A stretch of DNA of 63,953 nt, filler included, from Octopus bimaculoides (taxonomy: Eukaryota): the NCBI RefSeq assembly GCF_001194135.2. It is 6 parts of 6 records of this genome, joined end to end, with 100 filler letters (N's around TTAATTAATTAA, not from the genome) between each part and the next. Parts side by side here need not be neighbours in the genome. Positions count along the whole stretch, not along the records: positions 23,628 to 37,507 come from NC_068981.1; 5 more parts are not named here. The stretch is one strand, 5' to 3'. Made by a program: the position numbers and the translations under genes. How positions within the stretch are numbered: position 1 is the first letter of the stretch; each line of letters opens with the position of its first letter. Below, in pieces: positions 23,670 through 36,300 of the stretch. The notes under the pieces were generated by a model. The model ran no database searches, was not told the origin of the DNA, and saw only the letters and a list, made by a program, of their open reading frames with translations.

Positions 23670-24089
23670 TATATTAGTACTGGGCGTCACCAACCGTATG
23701 AACAACATGAAGTACGAAGCAAACGAGGTAAATATGTAAACAACGAGAGAGAATAATGGAAAACAGAATAAGTAACACAGAGAAAGACCCTTCATCAGTT
23801 GTCGGCTGTCTATCTACACTTCATTTCGAGCATTCAACTACAATATGAGTCTTCAAAGGCAGTTGCTCCCATAAATTCCAAAATAAAATTTAAGATTTAT
23901 GGAGGGTCAAATTTGAGAACAAAAACAAGGAAACCGAACGAAAACAAACATGGAGGGTCGTTAGGGTCATTCTCTGTGTTACTTGTCCTGTTTTCCATTT
24001 TTTCTCTCGTTGTTTGCGTATTTAACTCGTTTGTTTTCGTACTTCATGTTGTTTACACAGATGGTGATGTCCTGTACCCATATATGCAT
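23665..24089. repeat. Foldback element with about 126-bp imperfect inverted arms, embedded in (TA)n
   Basis: 23665-23791 is the reverse-complement homologue of 23963-24089. A single-arm copy lies at 47040-47200. Confidence 0.85.
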
Positions 24090-24116
24090 ATATATATTAT
24101 TTACATTATTATTCAT

Positions 24117-24166
<50 letters not shown>

Positions 24167-24259
24167 TGACTGTCTGTCTGTTTTGAAACACCAACAAAGG
24201 ATTTGTTGCAAAACAAAAATAATGATAATAATAATAATAAAATCCCAATAACCCCTTTT

Positions 24260-24600
24260 CAGAACAAATGCTACGAGAAAATTTAATGGAATGTTCTATT
24301 AGGAAACAATTGCATTATGACGTCATTTGTTTGGTCTTCTAAACTATGCAAGTCTCTGTATTTCTACTTCACACTTTTAATTATTTTGGCGGATATAACT
24401 AAAGCTTTTATAGACCCATGGAATAACGCCTTGAGGTATTTTAATCAATTCTTTGTCATACCTTCGTGCATAGACCAAATGAAGAACGTTTATTCAACGA
24501 AATTACTAAAAGCTAACCTTGGCGATGTGCATTTGAATTTTTTCATCTTCAGTGTAAGAGAAAAACAAAAAAACATCTGTAGTTTTAGATAAACACTCGA
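24260..24600 (-). mobile_element. Second, older Penelope-like RT fragment
   Basis: Minus frame FVE*TFFIWSMH..LKYLKALFHGSIK resembles the PLE YIDDIFFIWTH..LNSFHPSIK region. Confidence 0.4.
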
Positions 24601-25639
24601 ATTCACACTAAAAGATACATCAGTGCACATAGTCACACTCACACTCACACACGCGCACGCACATGCTTCATCATAGACTATTTTGTGTAAATAGTTTTAT
24701 TTATTTATTTTTGCTTGAGACATTCTATTTCCCCTTTTTATCTGTTCTACCTTCGTTGTCTTTCGCTATTACATTTTACGGTCTTCCACGTTGAAACATC
24801 AGTTTCCGGAGTAAGTTTGGTTTAGTCTCGTTTAACATTTTGTATAAAAATGATTTCTTAGCCGATTTCCAGATCTTTCTGCTAAAAGTATTTCATTCTA
24901 TATTGTTTTGATTTGGCCTACAGATATTCTGTCTTGGGAGTGTCTGTTAGACAGTATCACTACACTGGGAAGGGAATTGTTATTATATGTGATTGTATGC
25001 GACACATTTATTTATTTTTTATTTTATATCTTCCTATGTGTTTCCAACGTAACCCGAGCCTGTTTTTAAAAGATCCAATGTATTTATATAGCTTTAATTC
25101 ATGTTCTTCTATAGAAACTTTTATAAAACTAGTTTTGAATTGTGTTCAAGAATCTTCTTGACGTATTATTGAAGCTGCTGTGCTTCACACAAAAACGATA
25201 TGTATTTTCATATTATTCATATTAATCCTTCATATCAAAACACTATGTATAAATCTAAATACTTTTGTCCAATCATGGCCGATTTCTGATTAATGATAAA
25301 TATAACTCTCGTAAGATAGCATAGCTTCAGTGTTGGTGACGATTGCTATGGTAAAATTTTATCATGGTATTAACAATATCTGTTAAGGGTACATATGATT
25401 TTAATTGTACTTAAAATAGGATTTTATCAATGAGATAAAACTATATTTAAACAATTCTATCCATAACGTATAATTGATTCAGCTATAAGCAGCAATCAGC
25501 TGGAAAACCCCAGCGATTTCATATAGACCTAATGAGTGAAGACACCTCATTGTCTTTGTTTGTGTTCATTGAATAATAATTAGCAGGTTGTGAACTCATT
25601 AAATAGTTTTATTTAGGAGAAACGAAGATCTTCCATACT

Positions 25640-26200
25640 ATTTGACTGCTATGGTTAATGCTGTTGGTGTACAGTTTGAACAGAAGCAAGTAGATGCATA
25701 TAGGAAAAATGTGAGCCCTAAAATAATTCTAGAGAGTTGATATTCTAATAAAGGAGGAATTAGTGTAATGGTTAATGTCGGGCCTTGTTTGGGAGATTCA
25801 GAATAAGCAAATAAAGGCGGTAGAAAAGGCAGCAGGAAAAGGTAACTGATAGAACATCAGTGTGTATTAGTTACTGACTCATCACCAATCAGCTTTGTTA
25901 TTTTTTCAGTACAACATCTGTTTATAGCCGCATCATATTCCAGATGTGAGAGCAGAATGGGTTTTATTTGATCATTGTAGCGTGTCAGCAGAGTTGTTCA
26001 GAGCTGAAGCATCTTCAAGCTACAAAGAAGAATGTTAGTCGCTGGAGTAAAGTGTTTACTATGTTATGAATGCGAAATCGTCAAGAAATACCTGCAATGA
26101 AAGTGAGTCCTAGTATTTGTAACGACATTGATGGTTTTGATGACCTGTCACTGATGATTAGCGATCGTTTAACGAGGAAATTAGAGGAGCAGCTGCGATT
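25640..26200 (-). mobile_element. CR1-clade LINE RT C-terminal relic
   Basis: SLQILGLTF, CFSSEQL..FCSHIW, KLIGDES and SCCLFYRLY appear in collinear CR1 order. Confidence 0.6.
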
Positions 26201-27997
26201 TGGAGGCCAAGAGCTATCAGGCTGTGTAGTATGTAAGTTAGCTTCGCACATATGGAATTCCAGGTTCGATTGCAATGCACAGCACATTGGGCAAGCGTCT
26301 TCTACCACAGACGCAGGTTGACCAAATCCTTGTGAGTATAATTTGGAAGAAGAAATCTCAGCAAAATCCCATCATATATATTCATATGTGTCTCTGAGCG
26401 TATATATGTGCGTATGTATGTGAGTTTATTCATGTGTGTTTGTGTGTATTTATGCATATATGTATGTACGTTTTTGCGTTTGGGTAAAAACCGGTGTATT
26501 CGATTAGAAATATCTTGAGGCATTACTGTTTGACCAAGTTACATTCTCTCGCATCAATTTTCACTTTTAATTTTGTATACTACGAAGACAACGAAATAAA
26601 TACTTGACCATATACTGAAGTTGCTATAGTTAACTAAAATCCTTGAATGCGGTGATGTAGCATAAGTGCAGTTTAATGACTGAAAACCAGTGAAAGAAAA
26701 AGTAAAGGAAATTATGTCAAATTTGTCGTTATTGTTCCTTTCGCGTGTAGTTGTAGTTGTTTAACCCCGCTGGATTAGCCCACCCCGAACAAATCTTTCA
26801 TTAAAAACATTGCAGCCATAACCCTTCTGTCTCTTTATATCACAAGGACTACACTGTCCAATGTGTACTTGCATGTTTCAAGAGAGTAAGATGTGATGAG
26901 AGAGAGAGAGAGAGAGAGAGAGAAGGAGGAAGAGAAAGAAAGAAAGAGATGTGACTGCTATTTTAGCATCTCGAGTGACCACTCAGTAGCCACATCATTC
27001 ACTCTGGAAGAAAGAAGTTATTATGAATAGTAGTGCGAGGTCAGAAGTCGCTGCTGGAATGTTGTAAACGGACAAGCTCAGAGCTGCTACAGTCGTTTCC
27101 ATTCACTACGAAACTTCTGTTTCTTGAGTTCCTCTTGTATTTGTATATACTTAAAGTAATTTTCATTCCAGCAATACAAAACAGTAAAAATTGATACTTG
27201 ACCTACTGCTGTCTTTCACTATTTCTTATCTGAACCTTTACATTCTTTGCCCCACTTACCCTTCTTTTTTAATTATTTTCTGTAAAGCTTCACTTTACAT
27301 TCCAGCTGTGTCTACTTTCAGACCTCTTACTCACATTCATGCCGCTTTTTTTTTATCTTGCTATGTTCCCATTACTTCATAATCACCCATTCCTTTTCCA
27401 CTGTCTTCTGTTACTCTTTTCTCTTCAAGACAGTAACCTCTTACTTTCTTAAGAAGGGCTCTATCCAAATCGTTTAGCATTCCCTTTCTCCGCCCACACC
27501 CACATATTAACATGATCTATTTGCAAAGTATATTGAACTGGTTAGTGACGCCTCAAACCACGACTAAATATTCTTAAATTGTAGTGTCCTACTTTTTGCT
27601 TTGATAGATTAAGAATTTCTGTCTAACTAGATATATGAATATATATGTGGGTGTATTTGAGCTCATATGTAAACAAACAGATGCAACGCATGAGCTCAGT
27701 AAACAAATAGTAATGTGTAAAGTGTATCATTTTAGAGCAAAAAAGTGTCAGTGTAACTAAATTATAGAGCCATGGAAAGTAAACTTTGTCTTCGTAAGCC
27801 ATCCGTCAAATACGGGAGACATAATTAAACAGAGTAGGAAAAACTTTGCGATAAACATTATTATTTATTTAATATATACCTCAAACTAGAAGGAATTAAG
27901 CGATATATGTATGTATATATTTATCAACAATAATAATGTTCTTTGAAAAACAGTTACATCTATCGGAAAATATATGTGCATGTATTTACGCGTGCTT

Positions 27998-28124
<127 letters not shown>

Positions 28125-28501
28125 TAAACAGATATATGCATATGCAGTTACATATATAAATATATAATGTCTGTGTGAATATATGATAATGTATACATGC
28201 ATAATGCACGCACATATGCTCACACACAGGGATATGCATGCGTATATATTAACGCACACACACACACACACACACACAGAAACTCATATATACACGCACA
28301 TATATCTATACATACATACATATGTATATATATACATATATACATACATAAACACAAACACACACACATATATAAGTGTGTACGTGTGCGTGTATGTGTG
28401 CGTGATGCATATAATATCCGTTAGCTTCAACAAAATGGTAGAGCGGTCAAGGAAAAGTTGGGCGTAAAATATATAAGAAATGAGTATGTTGTCTAATATA
28501 T

Positions 28502-28705
28502 ATCATCATCATCATCATCGTTTAACGTCCGCTTTCCATGCTAGCATGGGTTGGACGATTTGACTGAGGAATGGCGAACCAGATGACTGCACCAGGCTCC
28601 AATTTGATCTCGCAGAATTTCTACAACTGGATGCCCTTCCTAACGCCAACCACTTTGAGAGTGTAGTGGGTGCTTTTACGTGCCACCGGCACGAGGGCCA
28701 GTCAG
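28502..28705 (-). mobile_element. RTE 3' UTR/tail copy
   Basis: (CAT)n CGTTTAACGTCCGCTTTCCATGCTAGCATGGGTTGGACG..., same family as 19172-19533. Confidence 0.8.
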
Positions 28706-29236
28706 AGGCTAAGCATACATACAGGCTTGATAGATTGAGATTTTTTAAATTACAGTTGCTTATATGTACTTCCACCCGCTGTTTATTGGTGTCGCAATGT
28801 TTAATTTAACTTAAATAGAACACGGCTGTTAATTGATAATATTGTGCAGTAATGGCGAAATTATTGTGATCTCTGAGTGTATCTGAATACATTGCTATGT
28901 CTGTATGTGTCTGGATTCATGGACATGCAGAAACGTAAGCGTATAAAGAACTACACATCTCTGTATATTCATATGTATTTTATTGAGTATGTGAGATTAG
29001 CACTACGCATATCACGATAATGTCCAATGTACTACTTACTAACATCAACTTACGGCCGTGTTCTGGTTGAATAAGCATAGCAGCATCGATAAACTTGGAG
29101 AGTGCTTGAAACAACTGTATTTTCCTCGAGAAACCCTGAGTAAATCAATGAGTAGATATCCTGTATGCATTTTTCTTATATTTGTATAATCATTTATTTG
29201 TACATATGCTAGGTGTTAACAAAGGAAGTAGTATTA

Positions 29237-29452
29237 AGCAGCGAGCTGGCAGAATCGTTAGCACGCGGGGCAAAATGCTCTTCGGTATTTCGCCCGTCTT
29301 TATGTTCTGCGTTCAAATTCCGCAGAGGTCGACTTTGCCTTTCATCTTTTCGGGTCGATAAATTAAGTACCAGACAAGTACTGGGGTCGATGTGATCGAC
29401 TTACCCACTTCCCACAAATTTCAGGCCTTGAGCCTTTAGTAGAAAGGATTAT
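29237..29452 (+). mobile_element. SINE family B, full length
   Basis: A-box TGGCAGAATCG, B-box GTTCAAATTCC, conserved body. Confidence 0.85.
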
Positions 29453-30065
29453 TACCGAATAGCGACTTTTATATCATGTATTAGAGGAGCTGCGTAATAC
29501 TGCTGTTTTCATTCAGAGAAAGTCTCTCGTATAGGTGTCCAGTGTATAAAAACAAAGGTGTCGGTAGCAGAAGAAATGTCGAGCATCGGTGGCGGAACTG
29601 TTGCATCACGTGATTTTGTGGCTTCTTGTGCTTCATCAACAACAGGCTTGTATGTATGTACACATACACACACACGTGTGTGCATGTATATATGAATGTG
29701 TGCATGTGTATGGAGGTGCGTATTGTTTAGATATTCGATTTTTGGTATATATATTTTAAACCGAGAACGTGCATATGGTGTCTTTAGTCTGAACAAAAAC
29801 TATTAAACTGAAAAATTAAAAACAGTGGTAAAGGCTTCAATATAACGTAGTGAATTCTAGAAAGTTGCTAAACTATGTAGCATCCTTACAGCTAAAGCGA
29901 ACCCCTAAACTACAATCATTTCCAAGTTGTTCTAAATACGAGACCTGCGGTTTAGCAAATGCAGACATTTCGAGAAACACAACAATCATCTCCACTACCA
30001 CCACAATTATCACCATCCCATCATCACAACTGGACTAACAATAACTGCGCCACGCTAAATACAAC

Positions 30066-30403
30066 AGGAATGTGAGAAGACACGCTTATCCAATGAACAT
30101 TTTTACAACTCTGAAATGTAGTGTCATTTTTTTTGTTCCTTTTGACATTGTTTCATTCCTAATTTCTTTATTTATAATTCTCCAAACTTTACACTCTCTA
30201 TTTCTGTCTATATAACTTTATCTTCGGTCTTTCACCATTCCTTTATCCTGTCATACCTCACATCTATGAGAACATATCACTCTGCAAAACTGTAAATTCA
30301 CTCTTAATACTTTCCGTTTCTTTTTTACGTCTTTTCTAACCTCTCTACATTCTCTCTGTTTATGAGCATATAGGAATATATATATATATATATATAGATG
30401 CTC

Positions 30404-30457
<54 letters not shown>

Positions 30458-30515
30458 TAAATATACAGGGATTAGCAATTGAGTTGCTTCTCCAAGCGTG
30501 TCTTCTCACATTCCT
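30066..30515. repeat. Element bounded by a perfect 22-bp inverted repeat
   Basis: AGGAATGTGAGAAGACACGCTT (30066-30087) and AAGCGTGTCTTCTCACATTCCT (30494-30515). Confidence 0.75.
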
Positions 30516-30578
30516 ATTATTAATTGACGATTCTCTGCCCTTATTCTTGTATATATATATATATATATATATATACAT

Positions 30579-30609
<31 letters not shown>

Positions 30610-30934
30610 CATACACACACACACATATATATGTATATGTGTGAATATGCATGTATGTATACGTACGTGTATGTGTTTGTATATATACAAAAATGGATAA
30701 GTGTACGTGTGAATATAAATATATATAAATATGTCTATATAAATGTATGTACTATGCAACAAAATCGGTTATAGAACTAGATACTAATAGCTTTAAATTT
30801 AGGAATTTACGAAATTTCAGTCAGATTATTTATTTATGATTAAGCTCGCTCCCAAAAAGCGTTTGTTTGAAAAGCGTTAGCAATTATAAAAAATTTCAAT
30901 TGTTATTTTTCGTGAGATATTGAAGAGGGTATGT

Positions 30935-31020
30935 CTATCTGATGAAACCTCATGAAACGGTACTTTATTATTCTTCAAAAACTTGTTTTTATTAATGGCG
31001 TTGAAACAGCTGTAATTTAT
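30935..31020 (+). ncRNA. Type I hammerhead motif, intact core with eroded stems
   Basis: CTGATGA at 30939-30945 and GAAA-CAGCTG-TA at 31003-31014. Stem II base AACCTCAT/ATGGCGTT is partly paired; stem I is weak. Confidence 0.5.
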
Positions 31021-31151
31021 AAGATGTGTCATTTGTTTGTATAAAATAATAAAATTTAATAGCATTTATCATTTAATGATTAATTGTTCAATTTATTGTT
31101 TTGGTTTCCATTTCTAATTTATATACATATATATATATGTGTGTGTGTGCG

Positions 31152-31200
<49 letters not shown>

Positions 31201-33419
31201 ATGTGTGCATGTGTGCATATCCTGCTTAGTAATAATCTCATTTGTATCTTTGCATTGTTCTCAACTAAGTCGAACTCAGTTTTTGTTTTCCTCTAGTACT
31301 TTGGACTGTCTATTTTACTACTAAGGCGTATTAAGCGGTATTCAGGAGTAAACGGCATATGTAGCCCAACCTTTGCCATTATTATTTCAAAATAATCAGT
31401 ATTTTAAAAATATAAGAAACCAATATTTCTTTAATCTATATATTGTACTCTTGTTAAGTCTTGAACCACTTCCTTTCGATGCAATCTTACTTTTTGATCC
31501 TCGAGAATCTTCGAAATGTTTGGAATTCAAAGACTCTAAAGCAATTTGTTCTAGTCTGATTGCTTTGTCCTGATTATCTTCAATTTATTAAAACATTTAT
31601 TAGTATTGATGTATATTGCTTAACTTTGGTATGGTTAAGTAATCTCTGTAATTTTCAAAGATTCGAAAGCATTCTTATTCTTTAATTTGCCTTCTTAAAC
31701 CTTTTATACACTTCAGTTTCTTAAACACCACTTCCTATTAAGATATTTAAACTTATTTTATTTTTCTCAATGAATCAATAGTAAACATCTAGTGGCTAAA
31801 ATCATGCCATTTCCTGACTTATTTTCCCTAGTTATATTTCTTTCGATATACATATCGTTGCTATTATGCAAAAGTGTCGTAAGTCCAAAACGTTGCTTTT
31901 CCAGTAAACGAAAAGATAGTTTCACCATTCCACAGCAAAACCGTTGTATTATACTTTGACAAGTTTTGATATCTTGGCATCTGAAGCAGCAGGAGATACG
32001 ATAGTTTGACCAAAAGAACCGGCAATATATTCGCTTACACCGATCACGTTCTCTTAATATTCTATTTATATTCCACTCTTCAATTTCTCTCTCTCTTGGA
32101 ACGCGACAACGTTTTATTTTTGTAATTTTTAGTATCACTCAGTATTTATTCATTATCATCCTCATTTACTATTTTTTCGTTCTCTCCTTCTATTATGCAT
32201 TAAATAAAGATGTGTAGGATTGCAACTTTTCCTTCATAAATTAATAACTACATCCATAATAGTAGGATACATTATATGCAATGATGCGATAATACAATAT
32301 ATACACTGTTACGATTAACGATAATAACACAATAAATAAACTCAGTTGGTAATAATTTGAAAACTTATCTGAAGTAAAACCCTCTTCAAACTACCATATA
32401 AAGTGTTATATTGATAAAAAGTAAAAAAGCTAGAATATACTTACTTAATTATTGTCACTAACAATATGTTTGTTGTTATTCTAAATGATTATCTTTAATT
32501 ATCATTAAATGTTTTCCGAGAAACAAGTACTTCGCTAAAGAATCAGCTTAAAATTGATAACTTAAAATGGATTATACAGAGTGAATACCATGCTTTAGGA
32601 AAGAATTATCTTAGACAGCATTATCAAAAGGAAAAACTGAGACATAAGTAAGCATAAAATTATCCAGTACATATTTGAATGCATGCTAGGACAATGATCT
32701 CGTGTATGAAAAGTATAACTTTTTAAATTCTTACGATATACTTTAAATGACTGAACTTGAATATAGAAGTAAGATTCCCTAGATAGATGACTCTACAACT
32801 GAGAGTAAAAATGTTGTACCCTCTTCTTTTGTTCCATAAGACGTATGTGATAAAGCTTTGATAACCTATCAAAAGTGCAAATGAAAGGATAAATCGCTTT
32901 TTACAAATGAATAGTAAAGAGTCAAAGCTGAAGTCAACACCTATAAATGATTCAAATGAAATTATTTTTGATTTTAAATTTGATTTTTCTGAAGAAGTAA
33001 ATGAACTAAAAATTTATGACATTAATTGCATAACATCGCATATAATATTAAATAAATGGCGTTCATTCACTGAAACATGCATAATATTAACGTGACTTCT
33101 CTTTTCTTCAATTAAAATTTGTATTATTCATTCTGTGAGTATTATAACATACCAATATGATGTACATGTTTTGGATTGAAGTGTTGCTTTAGAACTTGAC
33201 CGAAGTATAACCAGTTGTTGTTTAGTTAATTAAAAGGTGTAACCAATAACCCGTTATTTGAACACTATGCTAGCCAAGCTCCCACATGAACTGCTGCTGA
33301 GGTGATCGTCAGGATCCCCCACCAATTATATACACACACATATATTATATATTATAACTCTTCAACTTATTTCAGCTTTAAAGCTGCGGTCATGCTGGGC
33401 ACCATATATATATATACTC

Positions 33420-33826
33420 TTTTTACTCTTTTACTCTTTTACTTGTTTCAGTCATTTGACTGTGGCCATGCTGGAGCACCACCTTTAGTCGAGCAAATCG
33501 ACCCCAGGACTTATTCTTTGTAAGCCTAGTACTTATTCTATCGGTCTCTTTTGCCGAACCGCTAAGTTACGGGGACGTAAACACACCAGCATCGGTTGTC
33601 AAGCGATGTTGGGGGGACAAACACAGACACGCAAACATATACACACACATACATATATACATATATACGACAGGCTTCTTTCAGTTTCCGTCTACCAAAT
33701 CCACTCACAAGGCTTTGGTCGGCCCGAGGCTATAGTAGAAGACACTTGCCCAAGGTCCCACGCAATGGGACTGAACCCGGAACCATGTGGTTGGTAAGCA
33801 AGCTACTTACCACACAGCCACTCCTA
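33420..33826 (-). mobile_element. SINE family A, young full-length copy
   Basis: (CTCTTTTA)3 tail, complete body, head GGAGTGGCTGTGTGGTAAG...GGTTCAGTCCC. Other partial copies at about 23215, 26215, 40995, 43180, 45780, 46385, 50630 and 51545. Confidence 0.9.
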
Positions 33827-33835
33827 CGATATATA

Positions 33836-34244
33836 TTAAGCAGCGTCGATTTTTACAATTCTGTAAATAATAATTATATCTTATAAGCTTAAAGCTTATA
33901 AGCGATCACTGCACAATGACTAAAGAAAATACTCTAATAATGGGGCATATAAGCCCCTCGACAGAAAAACGTAGATTTTCCCGTACACGCGTGACTCAAA
34001 CCTACACCTGTTTGTTTACGCAGTCAAGTGTGCTATCGTTACACCAACGCACTAACCCGCTTCTTTCTGTCGGATTTAAGAACTATAACTAGTTCGTAGT
34101 TGTTTTTGTAAACAAATTTTCATGTGCTTTCACTGCGATAGTTGTGTTAAGCAGTGTCGAGTTTTACAATTCTGTAAATAATAATAATAGTATTTTATAA
34201 GCTTAAAGCTTATAAGCGATCACCGCGCAATGACTAAAGAAAAT
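33836..34244. repeat. About 96-bp direct repeat (311-bp period) containing a palindrome
   Basis: 33836-33931 is similar to 34147-34244; each contains TTATAAGCTT-A-AAGCTTATAA. Confidence 0.9.
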
Positions 34245-34387
34245 AATATATGTACTTCATTTATACTAACTGAAAGATATACTGATATTGGAATTGCAGA
34301 GTATTATGTAATCTATTACATAATCTTACCCGACTATGTTGTATAAAGTTCTGAAACAGCTGTCAATAATTTAAATGCCAATTATAT

Positions 34388-34424
34388 TTCTATCTATCTA
34401 TCTATCTATCTATCTGTCTATCTG

Positions 34425-34499
<75 letters not shown>

Positions 34500-34500
34500 G
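34388..34500. repeat. (CTAT)n microsatellite; others at about 24117, 59362, 61921 and 62452
   Basis: Direct inspection. Confidence 0.95.
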
Positions 34501-34900
34501 TATATATGCATACATATAATATAGGGAGAGCAATGGGCAATGAAAAAGTTCATGACACGTTTACACTGATATGTTATCAACAGTATTATTCGAATAAAGG
34601 AATATGACTTAAATTTGGTTTCCACTGTAGATAGTGCATTTCTCATGAAAGTAATCTAAGTTAGAACATTTTTCGGACATGCTTAACTATTACAAACTGG
34701 AATTTACCTGGAGGAATATTAGACTAAAAATGTAACGGGCGCTACAATATTTGATGCAGAAAGCCAGGAAATCTTAATAAAATTAAATTTCACTCTTAAT
34801 GAAACAAATGAAACAAATGATTTGAGTAAGAAAAGTAGGAGAAATATAATAAGGCAAATATAACTTACATAGGGTTATCCCAAACAATATGAAACATACT

Positions 34901-36300
34901 AAGGCGGTGAAATGACAGAATCGTAAGCTCGCCGGGCAAAATGCTTAGCGGCATTTTGTCCGTCTTTATGTTCTGAGTTCAAATGCCACCGATGTCTTTA
35001 TTTTTTAATCTTTTTGTGGTCGATAAAATAAGTACCAGTTGAGTACTGGGGTTGATGTAATTGACTTACACCGCGTCCCCGAAGTTGTTGACCATGTGCC
35101 CAAATTTAAAACCAATATTTTTGATTGTAGGAGGATATTTTGATGAGTATTTCATTTGAACATCAAGATAGTTACGATGAAAATATAATGACATACGCGA
35201 TGAAAGGAGAAATAAGAAATGCATTAAGATTTTTTTTCTTTAGTTTCGAATGAATTTCTTTCTCAGCAGTAAGCAATTTATACCAAACAGCGTGAAAGAA
35301 ATTAGGAAACACTTTGACTGTAGAGAAGAGTTGTTGAAGCTAGAAGAGTGCGTCGTGAGCGTTAATTATACTTTAACAAACGGAAGTTTATAAAGGCAAT
35401 TAGAAAGATTGAAGAAACTAAAGAATTGCTAAGTAGGCAAACGAAATAACTTATGAATCAGATTCGTTTTTGAAGTACATATTGGATAGACAGTGGACAA
35501 CATTGCAGAAGAATATTACACTAGGTCAAGTAATAGAACAAAAAATTGGCTTTAGAGGACAGAGAAGTAAGAGGTTTCAATGAATATAATGAGAGGTTGT
35601 GTAAGTAGCTAATTATTATTGTTATCATGGTGGTGGATTGCTGGAATCGTTAATGACTTGCGCTATTTGTCTTTTGATGACAGCGCCTGCGACGACACAG
35701 CTGTATTAGCTCTTGCTTTCTCCATGGACAACATTAGTGGCGTGGAGAGAGGAGATTTGCATGTATCTGAAACCAATGATCTTCTATTAAAAAAGCTACA
35801 ACCCTGAAGAACTTTCAACGTGTAGGTCCTTAGATTCTCAAAACGTACAGGAGCTCGTATTACTATTATTAGCGAAATTTTGGAAGGCGGTAAACTGCAG
35901 AAACTTAGTGACATTTTGTCCATCTCTGCGTTCTGATTTCAAATTCCGTTAAAATCTAAGTACTTGTTGAGCACTGATGTTGACAAAATTTCAGGTCTTG
36001 TGCTATAGTAGAACTGATTGTTATTGAAATGTTGAGTGGAAGAAAAGACAATTTTAGACAAAATACCTTGTAATATTTATGTTGGAATAAAGCTGGCAGA
36101 GTCGTTAGCATATCAGGCAAAATGCTTCGCGGCATTTCACTCGTCTTTACGGTTTGAGTTCAAATTCCGCCAAGGTCGACTTTGCCTATTATCCTTTTAG
36201 GGTCGATAAAATAAGTACCAGTTGAGCACAGGGATCAACGTAAACGACTTACATTCTCCACAAAAATTGCTGGCCTTGTACCAAAATTTGAAACCAATAT
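34901..36300 (+). mobile_element. Cluster of SINE family B copies (34901-35115, 35880-36000, 36091-36300)
   Basis: Each matches the family B head, body or tail. Other copies lie on the minus strand at about 36780, 44262, 51340, 52835 and 53108. Confidence 0.8.

Noticed and set aside
31330-32160. Possible RTE-like LINE remnant on the minus strand (similar hints at 35130-35880 and 37000-37460)
   Set aside because: Only faint motif resemblance; cannot be supported by eye.
32400-33100. Possible DNA-transposase remnant
   Set aside because: No diagnostic catalytic motif or TIR recognised.
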